This document shows, in pieces, positions 1-12,244 of a stretch of 64,000 bases of DNA (within the stretch, counting starts at the first letter, position 1; each line of letters begins with the position of its first letter). Location of the stretch: positions 77,748,001 to 77,812,000 of the forward strand of contig NC_090332.1 of the NCBI RefSeq assembly GCF_035084215.1, written 5' to 3'. The stretch comes from Heptranchias perlo (Eukaryota). The translations under genes and the position numbers were made by a program. The notes under the pieces are model-generated. The model did no database searches and was not told where the DNA came from. It saw nothing but the letters and a program-made list of their open reading frames with translations.

Positions 1-164
1 AGATGCTCCTTAAAACGTACCTCTTTGACCAAACTTTTGGTGACCTGGCCTACTATCTCCTTATGTGGCTCAGTGTCAAATTTGGTTTGATAATCGCTCC
101 TGTGAAGCGCCTTTGTACGTTTTACTACGTTAAAGGTGCTATATAAATGCAAATTGTTGTTGTT
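1..164 (+). mobile_element. L2-clade LINE 3' end
   Basis: Ends GTGAAGCGCC...AAAGGTGCTATATAAATGCAAATTGTTGTTG; homologous to copies at 27352, 28503 and 38012. Confidence 0.8.
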
Positions 165-272
165 TGTGGAACTTTGCTGTGTGCAAATTGGCCGCCGTGT
201 TTGTCTACATAAGAACAGTGTTTGCACATTGAAAGTAATTAATTAGTGTGAAGCACTTTGGATCATCCTGAG
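165..272 (+). mobile_element. DeuSINE (SacSINE1-like) 3' fragment
   Basis: TTGCTGTGTGCAAATTGGCCGCCGTGTTT...GTGAAGCACTTTGG matches the 3' part of the SINE at 17026. Confidence 0.7.
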
Positions 273-489
273 CAAGTTCTTTGTGGGAAAAGAAAATTTA
301 GCATTTTCTACCTCCTGCCACTAGATGTCACCCATTCACTAAGTGAAGATTCTGACACAGAAACGGTTTCAAAATCTGCTAAACACCTGGTGGCAGTAAA
401 AGGTATTGCATCAAATTTTTGTTTTAATCTTAACCAAGTTTCGCACGCATTCATGAACTTGGGAACTTGAAGAGGTCAAGGGTTTAAAC

Positions 490-600
490 ACTCCTTTCAC
501 CTCTAGGGCCCGGGCTTTAATCCAGCTCAGACGGATGGGTTGGAAGTCTCCCTGGCTGTAAGGGTTCTAAATGTAAGTTAATTCAATTTAGGCAGTCTCA
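490..600 (+). mobile_element. Degenerate tRNA-head SINE, LF-SINE-like
   Basis: CCTTTCACCTCTAGG...AATCCAGCTCAG resembles the LF-SINE head as recalled; short and diverged. Confidence 0.3.
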
Positions 601-2180
601 GTTGAAGGGCTGAATGTTTTTTAACCCAAACAAGTTCTATTTTTCTGTGTAAAATATGTAAATATTGCAACTGTGGTGCTTTTTCGCTAAATCTTATCTA
701 ACTTCATGACTCACAGTTCTTATTTCTGCACTAAATATCCAAACCTTTGATTGAGTTACTAAATGAGCATCTGTTTTGACAGCACATCACTAAATCTAAA
801 CTCTGATTGCTTCTTCTAATTAGTTCCAAAGCAGGTGCTTGGGGGCAGCAACCAATCTGAATCCAGGATGTAGTGCCTAGTGTGTTATATTCTTACCTAC
901 CTGACCTTCCACTTTCATTCGTCCCTCCCTCCAACAATTCTAAATGTCACCTCCTATTCTCCACAGCCCCCTTCAATGCTCTGCTCCCCTCCCTGATCAG
1001 AATGCATTCAGGAGTACGAACCCTAGTTTATTTTTCTCCTTCCCTTTAGGAGTGGTGCTGAGGGTGAATTGCAGTGTCCCAACTGAGATCAGTCAATTCA
1101 GCGCTGTCCAGGAATTAGATCTGGAAACTTGGGTTTGGTATGGCTTAGTACGGCTTCGGGCAGTGTCTAGGCTATCAGGCGAGCGTTTGATTGTGCTTTT
1201 AGCATAAAAGATGAATCAGTACCTTAAAACAAAATGTCAAGCTTGCAAAGCTATGCAAAAGCCTCATGACTGGCAGTCTGCATCAGGTTTCACTGGGACA
1301 TGAATAGTCCTGGACCTGAAAGGAACTCAATCCGAGTTGGACTAACCCAATGTACAGCAAAGTAATAGGAGGAAAAATAATAATGAGTAAACTAGAACAT
1401 TGCACCAGATGCTCTGATAAGATATTTAAGGACATCCTGCAGAGTGACCTACTGGGTCCTTGAATTCTGTCTTTAATATAAAGCCTCCCCATGTTTGAAG
1501 GAGGGAAGTAGCATGGAACTGAGTGATTTAAATCAGTGAATAAAATGGCCAGGAACCACGACTGCAGCAGCAAGTCTCAAAGGAAAGAGAACTGCGACAG
1601 GAAACGGAGGTGAGCTGCGCGCTCTTAAAATGAGACAGCTATTTCATGTGGATGATATCTAAACGAGTAATAACACGAATGGAGCTTCTCGCTGATCAAC
1701 ATTTCCCATTGTTTGCTTTTAGTTTTGGAATTTTGTTCCCATAATTTGCTCCTTTGGGAAAAAAAATATAACCGTAAGCACTGAATGCTAAAAATGCTAA
1801 TCCACAGCAACACTCTTAACACCGCTGTAGCCAAGTGCTGACCGACACTCAAAATGACTCTCCCAGGTGAGAGTCATGCCAATCCCTCCCATAATGTAGG
1901 ATTTCAAACTGTAATTCCTGGACCGTAGGCAACCCACGAGAGATGTTGACTCACTAGCCTGTAATTTCTGTTGTATACTACGAATAAAAAAATATCTTTT
2001 ACCAATGAAAGAAAAACCTACTTGACCATGCCAAGTACCAAGATCTCAATTCTTGCATGTAGATGCTCCTTCTATTCCACTGTCTCGAATTTGTTAAGGA
2101 GTACTGACCCTTTTGCTTGTACGTCTTTGGCCCGACCATTGTAACATTTCACCTTGCCTACAATCTCCCCTGTCATTTTT

Positions 2181-3385
2181 GGAACATAGGAACAGGAGAA
2201 GGCCATTCAGCCCCGTGAGCCTGTTCCGCCATTCAATTAGATCATGGCTGATCTGTATCTTAACTCCATCTACCCACCTTGGTTCCGTGACCCTTAATAC
2301 CCTTGCCTATCAAAAATCTATCAATCTCAGTTTTGAAATTTTCAATTGACCCTCAGCCTCAACAGGTTTTTGGGGGAGAGAGTTCCAGATTTCCACTACC
2401 CTTTGTGTGAAGAAGTGCTTTCTGACATCACCCCTAAACGGCCTAGCTCTAATTTTAAGGTTATGCCCCCTTGTTCTGGACTCTCCCACCAGAGGAAATG
2501 GTTTCTCTCTATCTATCCTATCAATTCCTTTGATCATCATAAGCATCTCAATTAGATCACCCCTTCATTTTCTAAATTCAAGGGAATACAAGTCTAATCT
2601 ATGCAACCTGCCCTCATAATTTAACCTTTTTAACCCTGGTATCATTCTAGTGAATCTGCGCTGCACTCCCTCCAAGGCCAATATATCTTCTAACATAAGA
2701 ACATAAGAAATAGGAGCAGGAGTAGGCCATACGGTCCCTCGAGCCTGCTCCGCCATTCAATTAGATCATGGCTGATCTTCGACCTCAACTCCACTTTCCC
2801 GCCTGATCCCCATGTCCCTTGATTCCCTTAGTGTCCAAAAAACTGTCGATCTCAGCCTGAGATACGGTGCCCAGGACTGAACGCAGTTCTCCAGATGTGG
2901 TCTAACCAGAGCTTCGTACAGCTGTAACATAACTTCCACCCCTTTGTATTCCAGCCTTTTTAATTATTTTTTGTACTTGTCCACTAGCTTTTAGTGATTT
3001 CTGTACTTGGACTCCTAAATCTCTCTGCTCATCCACAGTTCCCAGCTTCTTGCCATTTAGAAAATACACTGATTTATCTTTCTTGGGTCCAAAGTGGATG
3101 ACCTCACACTTTCCCACTTTGACCTCCATCTGCCACAGTTTTGCCCATTCACTTAATCTATCAATGTCCCTTTGCAACTTTCTGCTCCCATCTACACTAT
3201 TTACTGTGCCACCTAACTTAGTGTCATCAACAAACTAAGATACACGACTCTCTATTCCTTCATCCAAGTCATTTATAAATATCCCTGGGGAACACCACTT
3301 GTCACATCCTGCCAATTTGAGTACACACCCATTGTCCCTACTCTCTCTCTCCTTCCTCCTAACCAATTCCCTATCCAAGCCAGTT
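2181..3385 (-). mobile_element. CR1 LINE 3' part (RT C-terminus + 3'UTR) with a nested CR1 tail at ~2692-2858
   Basis: Minus-strand peptides QRDIDRLSEWAKLWQM..KCEVIHFG, LEGVQRRFTRMIPG, TRGHNLKIRARPF..FFTQRVVEIWNSLP; nested CATAAGAACATAAGAA tail. Confidence 0.92.
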
Positions 3386-3685
3386 TGACCCAGACAGTTG
3401 ACCTTGTAAGGGCAGCGTTTCCTCAGTAAAATAAATTAAACATTGTAGTTCACTGAAATGAACCTTCTGAGGGTCTGTACAGCACTCTGCGGCTGTGTCA
3501 TAAGATGCACAGTTACCATAATTTCCAGATTAATTTGTTCGATTTTTGTGGTATTTGAATGTGCCTGCAGATGTGTAATAAATTAGTGTATACGAGGACA
3601 CACATCCACCTGGAGCAATAAGGTACACTTTTTTTTTTAAATCAGCGATTCTAATTTTTCAGTGAAATGGTGATTCAGAATTCTA

Positions 3686-4354
3686 GGGCTCAATTTTGAA
3701 ACGGAGCCGGGAAGGGGACGAGGGGGTCAATTTGAGGTCGGGAAGCCCATTAGTACTGGTTTCCCGGACATCCTTATGATTTTGATGTAAGGACGTCTTC
3801 TATTTTTTTTGCCGGTTTCCCGCCCGACTGACCGGCTGATTGATAGTGTTCGGGGGTCAGAGGAGCGGGGTCAGAGGATCGGGGTCAGAGGATCGGGATT
3901 GGGATCAGAGGATCAGGGTCGGAGTGGGAGGATGATCGGGGTCAGTGGTCGGGGTCAGGGGTCCGCGATCAGTGGTTGGGGGGGGTCGGTGCAGGTAGGT
4001 TTGTTGAGCCTGGGGGAAGCACTCTTGCTCCTCCGAGCCCACAAGCTGTGCCTAGGCACCTAGCTGTTAGTCTCGGGCCTTCTCGCCTCCTTTCACGAGG
4101 TGTAAAACAGAAGGCCCGGGAATCCCAGCCCCCCCGGAGTTGAAATCGGGAATTAGTTAAAAATGGAGGCCTGAAGCCTCTTTGGGAGGTTTTAAGGCCC
4201 GACCCGCCTCCTGGGAGCGGGTTGGCTGCCCGCCCCTCGTCCTGCCCCCGTGAAAACTGGAAATGGGAGGGTCGGGGGCGGATCTGAAATGGTGGTAATT
4301 TTCAATGCCCCCCTGCCCCCAACCCGCCCATTTTTGACTTTTAAAATCGAGCTC
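3686..4354. mobile_element. Non-autonomous DNA transposon (MITE), PIF/Harbinger-like
   Basis: TIR GGGCTCAATTTT / AAAATCGAGCTC; 3-bp TSD CTA; homologous to 61440-61968 and 53945-54712. Confidence 0.85.
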
Positions 4355-4435
4355 CTAAAATCAGTCACTCTTGACCTATTGCTAGAGATGCTCTCCAAAA
4401 AATGTTCTAACCTAACCTAGCTGCTTGATGCACGA

Positions 4436-4436
<1 letters not shown>

Positions 4437-4473
<37 letters not shown>
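4437..4473. repeat. (CA)n microsatellite
   Basis: About 18 uninterrupted CA units. Confidence 0.97.
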
Positions 4474-4476
<3 letters not shown>

Positions 4477-4799
4477 TGCAAAATGGGCACTTGGGCGTTA
4501 CTATACAAGCTCTAGAAACTTCCAACATTATTTCATTGTTTGCAGGACAAATTAGCTCAACGCAAGAGAGAACAAATGCAGACAGGTGAAGGGTATCCAT
4601 TGTTTCCACCCTCCAACAGCTTTGGAGGAGGCCACATTAAACATTCTTGGTGCTGAAAGGGAAGGGGGAGGGTGAAACTGGAGGTCTCCCCCGCCCCCCA
4701 CCCCCCACCCCCCCCCCCTCAAGCTGAGGCTTAGTACCATCCTTCTTGTTTTGCCTTTTCTCCTTACTCAATCTTACACGGAAATATACTTGAGCACAA

Positions 4800-5262
4800 T
4801 AGAACCGTAGAAGAACCATAGAGAAGATACAGCACAGAAGGGGGCCATTCAGCCCATTGTGTCCGCGCCTGCTCAAAGAACAACCAGGTGCCCATTCTAT
4901 TCCCACCTTCCAGCATCCGGTCCGTAGCCCTGCAGCTTACAGCACTTTAGGTGCTGGTCCATGTACTTTTTAAAAGAGTTGAGGGTCCATGCCTCTACCA
5001 CCAATTCGGGCAGCGAATTCCATACACCCACCACCCTCTGGGTAAAAAAGTTTTTCCTCATGTCCCCTCTAATCCTTCCGCCAATCAGCTTAAATCTATG
5101 TCCTCTGGTTCTTGAACTCTTCGCTAGGGGAAACAGGTACTTCCTGTCTACTCTATCTGGGCCCCTTATAATTTTGTACACCTCAATCAAGTCTCCCCTC
5201 AACAGCAAGGGACCCAACACTGAGCCCTGTGGCACACCACTGGAAACGGATTTCCATTCGCA
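4800..5262 (-). mobile_element. CR1 LINE 3' fragment with internal deletion
   Basis: WKSVSSGVPQGSVLGPLL joined directly to RGDLIEVYKI..TRGHRFKL..FFTQRVVGVWNSLP. Confidence 0.88.
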
Positions 5263-5714
5263 ATGCCATGACACACAACATATTGCCATGTAAGCAGCGT
5301 TTGAAGGCCACGGCACTAAGTCATACTTTTCTGGTCCTTGGTCAAATGATTACCACTGGTGGAACCATTCCCGTTGAGATGGATTTCTACCCAATAGATC
5401 TGAAAGGGTAGATGGTCAGTGGAAATGGCTTTTAGCTACAATTCATGATTGGTGAGGAACATTAGGCAATGGTTTTTGTTTATAATGGGTAAGAGCTATA
5501 GGCAACATTCTTTGGCCATGGACCTTGATCATTGAGGAATGCATGGAAATAATGTTTGATTGGGGTTCATGATTAGTAAGGACAATCTGGATGCAGTTGT
5601 GCATGGTCAGTTCCTCTGAGTTTAGTGTGAGAGCTCTTGCACCCCCTAACCAGTCCTCTCAATGAAAAACAAATTAAGAAATGTAACTGCCAAAGTGAAA
5701 CATTTAAATCCATT

Positions 5715-6467
5715 AGCCCCGATTTTGCTGTGGCAGGGCAGCTAACAGCCTCTGACCTTGCATGTATGGGTTTTTACATTTTCTGCATGGCGAGTTGCTG
5801 AAAGTGCAAACTGATAATGGCACAGCGAGGGTAACAGGGCATCTGGGACCTGAGTAAACAGGGCAAGCAACAGGGTATCTCCTTAACTGATCAGATTGAA
5901 GCATTGAGAAATAAACAATGCAAGGACTGAGAAGGAAGTGTAAATTAGAGGGGGTGAATTCGATGTCAAATCAGGTACTGAAAGAGAAATAAAGAGAGGG
6001 AAAGAAAGATTGGATTAAGAGAGAGACAAAAATGAACAGAAAGAAAAGTTAGAAAAAATTTCTTAATTTTAAAATTTTACATTTTTAAAATCTCCAACAA
6101 TTAAAACCTGAAGGAATGAGACTCCTCACTTGTAATAGTTAATTTTCAGTGTCAGAGAGGTTGACTGGCAGTAATTAACACTTATATCACATCGTTAAAG
6201 GGGTATTAGACTGAAATGGACAAGACTTAACTTTATGTGGCGAGTTGAATTCATATCTGTCGCACAAATACAGCAACTTCTCGCCATTCAACGGATTTCG
6301 ATGTTGAGGCAGACAGCGAGCGAGATGCCGTTCTCGTGAAACTAACAACGGAGTGGCGCAACTCGGACAGCAACTTTTGGATATCCATGTTTAACCGTGT
6401 GCCCGCCCCTCGCCTGAAGTTGCTGTACCATTAGCCTCGCTGTTATTTTGACAGCAAATTCTTGCCC
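5715..6467. mobile_element. MITE, Harbinger-like (copy 1)
   Basis: TIR AGCCCCGATTTTGCTGT / ACAGCAAATTCTTGCCC; TSD ATT; colinear with 53158-53879. Confidence 0.85.
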
Positions 6468-7325
6468 ATTATGTTCAAGAAACTGTTCAGGCCAGTGTTA
6501 TGCTCCACACATAAACTATCGACTCTTTGAACAACAGGGTGGTTTGTAATTGAAACCTGGTATTGCTGTTTCTGCTAAGCTAGATTGCTAGTTCTGCTTA
6601 TTTGAAAAATCCTGGAGCAGTAAGAAAATAATCGTTTGGATTCCATCACATTATGAAAGACACAGTGAACCTTATTATGGGATTTACATTTGCTTCCAGG
6701 ATTCATTTGGATAAATCATTATGGAAAGATTGTTGGATTTATCAGGTAGAAACAGGTAACTAAGCAATTGGGTTGCTTGGCGCTGTGCTATTACCCCAGT
6801 GGCTTGGTTCTCCTTCAGCTGGTCGACAGGATGAAAGTCTTTTTCTCTCTGCTTGGTGTTAAAACAGCATCGTCTTAGTGAAAAAGACCTGCTTTTCATT
6901 TGTTCACAGTCACATGATATAAGTCGTATCATCTCCACGTGATGTCACCACAATAAAAGTGAAGAGCTTTCCGACCTCTTCTCCCACCCCGAATTTTTAA
7001 AAAAGTTTGGCGAGTGCATTTTCTTTCAGTGACAGTGCCCCTTTAAGGGTTCTGAATGAAGTAAGGTTAGGCATTTTCAATTAAGTTTCTAATAAATGCA
7101 AATCCACAGCAAAAACCCAACGCTGGCTCAAAAAAACCCGACAACAAACCACGAGAGGCGGCATATTTAGAAGTGTCATTAAGGAAGAAGAGTAAACAAG
7201 GAAGTCTGACTCACAGGTCAGAAAGATGAAAACTGAGCATCTGTTCAGGATGAGTAAACACTATTGTAATCACCATGGTGACGACTTACCTTTGACATTT
7301 TCTCTCTGTGCTTTTTTTTCTGCAG

Positions 7326-7410
7326 CGGCTACATCTCAGCGAAGATGTGGCTGGAGCCACTTTCATGGCAGCTGGAAGCTCAGCCCCTGAGCTCTTCACC
7401 TCTATCATAG
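7326..7410 (+). CDS. slc24a3: SLC24A3/NCKX3-like Na+/K+/Ca2+ exchanger, internal exon (85 nt, alpha-1 repeat)
   Basis: Polypyrimidine tract + CAG acceptor, GTAATC donor; [29 protein letters not shown], the NCKX alpha-1 signature; ends in phase 1. Confidence 0.93.
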
Positions 7411-8340
7411 GTAATCTATTTAAATTGAGTGTCAAAAAACAAAGCAGCAGCTTGTTAATCCTGATTTGGTCATCCCCACCTTGTTATGAGTCATTTCTCC
7501 AGTGAATTGTCTTGACATCTATTTTGGCTGCATATAGTGGCACCATTATTCCTGCCCAGAATGGAGATGTTTGGGTAATTCCCCAGCCAGTCACACCTGG
7601 AGACTGCACTGCAGTAAGTGACTGGGATTGATTTTACGCACATAATTTGTATTATGTAAGCACCCTCCACTCACTGCATTTTGTTGGAGAAATCACCCTG
7701 TTTTTATCGGGAGAAGTTGCTGCAGTTTCAGTCATGAGTTCTGTTTGTTAATTGTATCCATATGATTTATATCAATTAGTGTTAATTGTATTCAGGTGGT
7801 GCGTATCAATTGGGGACTCTCTTGTATCCATTTATATGAGAGCTTATCGAGGGGGTGCACAGTGTGTACTGTGAATCTCTGTGAATAAAGGCTTGGAAGC
7901 AACTGAAGACCAGGCTCTAGTATTCTATCCTTCAGCACCTGGCTATCCAATTTATTACACTGTTTGCTGCAGTTCATAGAGACCAATAGAATCTGTAAAT
8001 AGACTTTGTTTGCTGTAAAATAGACTGTTTGCTGTGAGTCCTGTCGTAAGTCCCACCCCTTGGCTGACACAGTGGTGTCAATAGACACTCTGATCTATTT
8101 TTGCATGGATATCATTTTGCATGTTGCACATTCAAAGGCTTCACTTTAATGGGAAGCGTTAAAAAAGCCTAACCAGGTACTTTCCCCCTGTGTTCCACAA
8201 CGGTAGGTTTAAAATCAGATGCTTTTTATAATCCTCTCTTGTTGAAGTGCTCCTCTCGAGCCCAGGGGTCACTCATTATCCCAGGCTTTCCAGTGCAGAC
8301 TTGCTTGTTGATAGCATGAACCAGCACCAAGTTTTGTAAC

Positions 8341-9024
8341 TGTAAACAATTTTACAACACCAAGTTATAGTCCAACGATTTTATTTTTAATCCCATAAGC
8401 TTTCGGGGGCTTTCCCCTTCCTCAGGCGGTGTGGAAATGACAATTTCGAATCCTTCGCATTTTAAGATCACATAACAATGCCTGGTGATTACTGCCCGTT
8501 GCCAAGGCAATCACAGTGAGCAGACAGAAAGGTGTCATCTAAAAGGCCACCGAATATACAACCCCCCCAAAAAAAAGAGAGAGAGATAAGGAAGACAGTC
8601 AATGACCCGTTATATTAAAAACAGATAACATTTGTTCGCTGGTGGGGTTACGTGTAGTGTGACATGAACCCAAGATCCCGGTTGAGGCCGTCCTCATGGG
8701 TGCGGAACTTGGCTATTAATTTCTGCTCGACGATTTTGCGTTGTCGTGTGTCTCGAAGGCCGCCTTGGAGTACGCTTACCCGAAGGTCGGTGGCTGAATG
8801 TCCATGACTGCTGAAGTGTTCCCCAACAGGGAGAGAACCCTCCTGTTTGGCGATTGTTGCGCGGTGTCCGTTCATCCATTGTCGCAGCGTCTGCATGGTC
8901 TCGCCAATGTACCATGCTCTGGGGCATCCTTTCCTGCAACGTATGAGGTAGACAACGTTGGCCGAGTCACAGGAGTATGAACCGTGCACCTGGTGGGTGG
9001 TGTCCTCTCGTGTGATGGTGGTAT
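8341..9024 (-). mobile_element. Penelope-like retroelement, 5'-truncated (GIY-YIG endonuclease + terminal repeat)
   Basis: Open frame 8648-9024: SCDSANVVYLIRC..WYIGETMQTLRQWMNGH..VGEHF..EQKLIAKFRTHEDGLNRD; 13-bp TSD CAAGTTTTGTAAC at 8328-8340 and 9025-9037. Confidence 0.93.
8393..8429 (-). ncRNA. Minimal type I hammerhead ribozyme motif (Penelope terminus)
   Basis: Minus strand CCGC-CUGAGGA-A-GGGG aaagc CCCC-GAAA-GC-UU-AUGG; one stem I mismatch next to the core. Confidence 0.7.
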
Positions 9025-9172
9025 CAAGTTTTGTAACATTCAACTTGATTGAAACAGTTATGGCCTTGTTATATATTTTTGATCCTGTCCCCCTCAAATA
9101 GTTTTTTTTTATTTGTGGAGGTTAAAAAGCCACGTGTCACTTTGTGTGAAGAGCTGTGAATTAGTACAGATA

Positions 9173-9558
9173 TAAGATTGTGAAGGGGCTTGATCGGGTG
9201 GATGCGGTAAGGATGTTCCCAAGGATGGGTGAAACTAGAACTAGGGGGCATAATCTTAGAATAAGGGGCTGCTCTTTCAAAACTGAGATGAGGAGAAACT
9301 TCTTCACTCAGAGGGTCTGTGGAATTTGCTGCCCCAGGAAGCTGTGGAAGCTACATCATTAAATAAATTTAAAACAGAAATAGACAGTTTCCTAGAAGTA
9401 AAGGGAATTAGGGGTTACGGGGAGTGGGCAGGAAATTGGACATGAATTTAGATTTGAGGTTAGGATCAGATCAGCCATGATCTTATTGAATGGCGGAGCA
9501 GGCTCGAGGGGCCGATTGGCCTACTCCTGCTCCTATTTCTTATGTTCTTATGTTCTTA
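9173..9558 (+). mobile_element. CR1 LINE 3' end
   Basis: KGLDRVDAVRMFP..TRGHNLRIRG..FFTQRV; ends in (TTCTTATG)n tail. Confidence 0.92.
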
Positions 9559-9779
9559 TTAGTGACTGATAAACAAAATGTGGGTGTGTGGCTTGAAGTT
9601 GAGGGATCTGCTAAATTGGTGGCACAGACACGATGGGCCGAATGGCCTCCTTCTGTGCTGTAAGTTTCTATGAAATTGTTGTTTGTACTGTTTTGGCACT
9701 CGACTGTGAGGTGTTTGTATGTGTAACAGGCAGTCTATTCTTCCCCTCAATCTCCTCCTCTTTTCTCCACTCCTGATAC

Positions 9780-10090
9780 TCTTGCTGGAGCATTGTTCAA
9801 TGGGTGCTGGTAGCCAAGTGGCCACTCTTTATGTGAGGCTGAGCAGGATATTTGGCCTTGAGGAGCATCACCACTGAGCCCAATCCTGACATCCACACAC
9901 AGCCAGTTTCCGCCAAGGATCGCTGGATAATGAACCCTGTCATCGCCCTAGCTAAGGGGCACTGGGATCAGTTGTAGTGCCTCATTCACCACCCTGGCTG
10001 CAATCAGCTAACTCAACGCAGTCCAGCTTGAACCAAGGACCTGGTCCATATGGTTCAATAGCACACTGGGCGTTCTGAGAACCCATTGGG
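9780..10090 (-). mobile_element. Old SINE-like dispersed repeat (family also at ~990-1190, ~18215-18435, ~24110-24330, 33478-33765)
   Basis: Reverse complement shares CCAGGT..GGTTC head, TTAGCTGAT..CAGCCAG and GCTCACA.A..AAGAGTGGCCACTTGG blocks with the 33478 copy. Confidence 0.5.
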
Positions 10091-10823
10091 AGAACTCCGC
10101 AGAAACATCAATAATATATTAAAATCTTGTGTCTACGCTTACTTCCTGTCTATAAAAATTACTTCCTGTTGTCATCTTTTTTGTCAACTTTTTCCATTAT
10201 AAATCGCAATGCCCTCATTTATAATGGAAACTGCCTATGTAAACTTGTCACACTGCCATTTTACCCTGCCACCAGTGGTGGTGCTGTAGCCAAATTAACA
10301 GGCTGGCTGGCTGCCGGGCAGGAAAATGGAAGAAAAATATTATAGTGAGGCCCTGCCATTAAATTCGGCAGGACCTCCATATCCCCGGCCTCAACTCGTT
10401 CCCCGGCCATTTTCGCCCTCCTCTGCACCTTCCCCGCCTCCCTGTAATTATTGGGGCAGGTGTCTTTACGAATTGTCATGGATTAGGTTGTTGTCCATTT
10501 ATTCAGATGCTTTCAGAAGCATTTTGGAGGAATGAAGTTAAGGTGTTAAGCTGCTATTTAAGGAAGGTCCATTAAGGTGAACTTTCTGAGTTCTCAACTG
10601 TGTATAGGTACCTCAGACACTGAAAGTGTGCATCACAACCTTGCGGTCTCCAATGTACAATAGCATGAGAGCTACCACACCGTGGTTGAGTACTCAGAAT
10701 ATCTACCCCATTGTATTTAAAGTTTAAGGTATTATATATCTTTGTTGTGTGCACAGTGTAGCTGGCATTCTGCAGCTCTCGAAAGTTCATATCCCTGCTT
10801 ACAGTTCCCTCTCTATTTCTCAG

Positions 10824-10927
10824 GGGTGTTCATCACAAAGGGGGATGTAGGAGTCGGAACTATCGTGGGCTCTGCAGTGTTTAACATTCTCTGCATCATT
10901 GGAGTGTGCGGACTTTTCTCAGGACTG
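10824..10927 (+). CDS. slc24a3: SLC24A3/NCKX3-like internal exon (104 nt)
   Basis: TTTCTCAG acceptor, GTAAGC donor; (G)[34 protein letters not shown]; phase 1 start fits the previous exon. Confidence 0.95.
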
Positions 10928-11414
10928 GTAAGCAAATCTTCAGCAGCCACCTGCAAGGAATTAGCACTGCAGTCAAGTGCGCCATCAATGTGAGCCTGAG
11001 CAGTGTTATTGTATGGCGGCGATTTGTTTCGATTTTTTGAAAGTGACAACACAGTTGCTCGCAGAAATAAACCGATCAAATATAAGTGATGTCAGCAAAC
11101 GTTTTGTCACACTGATCCTTGCATTTTCCCACAAATGGAGGTAGTTTTCGCTGAACAGTGGAGTTTTACAGTACATGTGGGGGAACAGTTCATTCATTGG
11201 TATGGTCATTATTGAGCATTTGGGATATTTGCAAAGGGTTGGAACTATTGTTCAAATGTTGCTTTTCTTGCTTGCTAAAACATTGTATAGGTCACCTGAC
11301 TGTTAAACGAGAGATGTTGGCACTATATGTTAAGATAAAAATAGTGCAGAGGTAGATAGTGATATCCTGTTATATTGCCTGCTCCACTCCACTCCAGCAG
11401 CCAGTAGATCAATT

Positions 11415-11720
11415 ACTTGTATTTATATAGCGCCTTTAACGTAGCAAAACATCCCACAGGAGCGTGATCAAACAAAATTTGACACCAAGCCACATAAAGA
11501 GATACTAGGACAGGTGACAAGAGGTAGGTTTTAAGGAGTGTCTTAAAGGAGGGGAGAGAGGTAGAGAGGCAGAAAGGTTTAGGGAGGGAATTCCAGAGCT
11601 GGGGGCCCAGGCAGCTGAAGGCACGACCGCTAATGGGGAGCGATTAAAATCGAGGATGCGCAAGAGGCCAGAATTGGAGGAGCGCAGGGATCTTGGAGGG
11701 TTGTAGGGCTGGAGGAGGCT
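11415..11720 (-). mobile_element. L2-clade LINE 3' end
   Basis: Reverse complement of the L2 tail at 28503/38012 (ACTTGTATTTATATAGCGCCTTTAACGTAG...). Confidence 0.82.
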
Positions 11721-12244
11721 GAAGGGTTGGGGTTGGGATTTGCAGGGGCAGAGTCCCCGAGAGGGGAGAAATGAAAGGAGACATGATGATAGGAGAGAGG
11801 CGCCTAGGAGGGGTACAGAGAAAAGAAGGATAAAAGGGGGATATAGAAGTGATCAGTCAATATTTTCAGTTTTGCTCATTTCTATTAATTCCTGCAGAAT
11901 CCCAGCAGATTTACAGTGTTAGTTAAAGCGAATTTATCTGCCAATCGTGATTGGACAGATCTATTCTGTGTCTCCTCGGTTACCGTCAGTCTAGATCCCG
12001 CCCTCACAGTTGCGAGTTTCGTGAGTGCCGAAAGCTGACACTGATAGGCTTTAGGCATCACCTTTCTGTGGGACATGACTGGCCTTACCCTTCCCACCTG
12101 TCCTTTTGTAAAGATGTGCTGAACATTCCTGAACTTCTCCGCGAGGGCAGGTGAGAACAAATCCGAGCTGAAGCTGGAATTGGACTCGGAACATTGGAAG
12201 TCCAAAGCTCCACCACGCAAACTAAACCTAAGGGCTCGAGCCCG

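Noticed and set aside
8648-9097. Standalone GIY-YIG nuclease gene or homing endonuclease
   Set aside because: Bounded by TSDs and a Penelope terminus; the N-terminal residues come from flanking DNA
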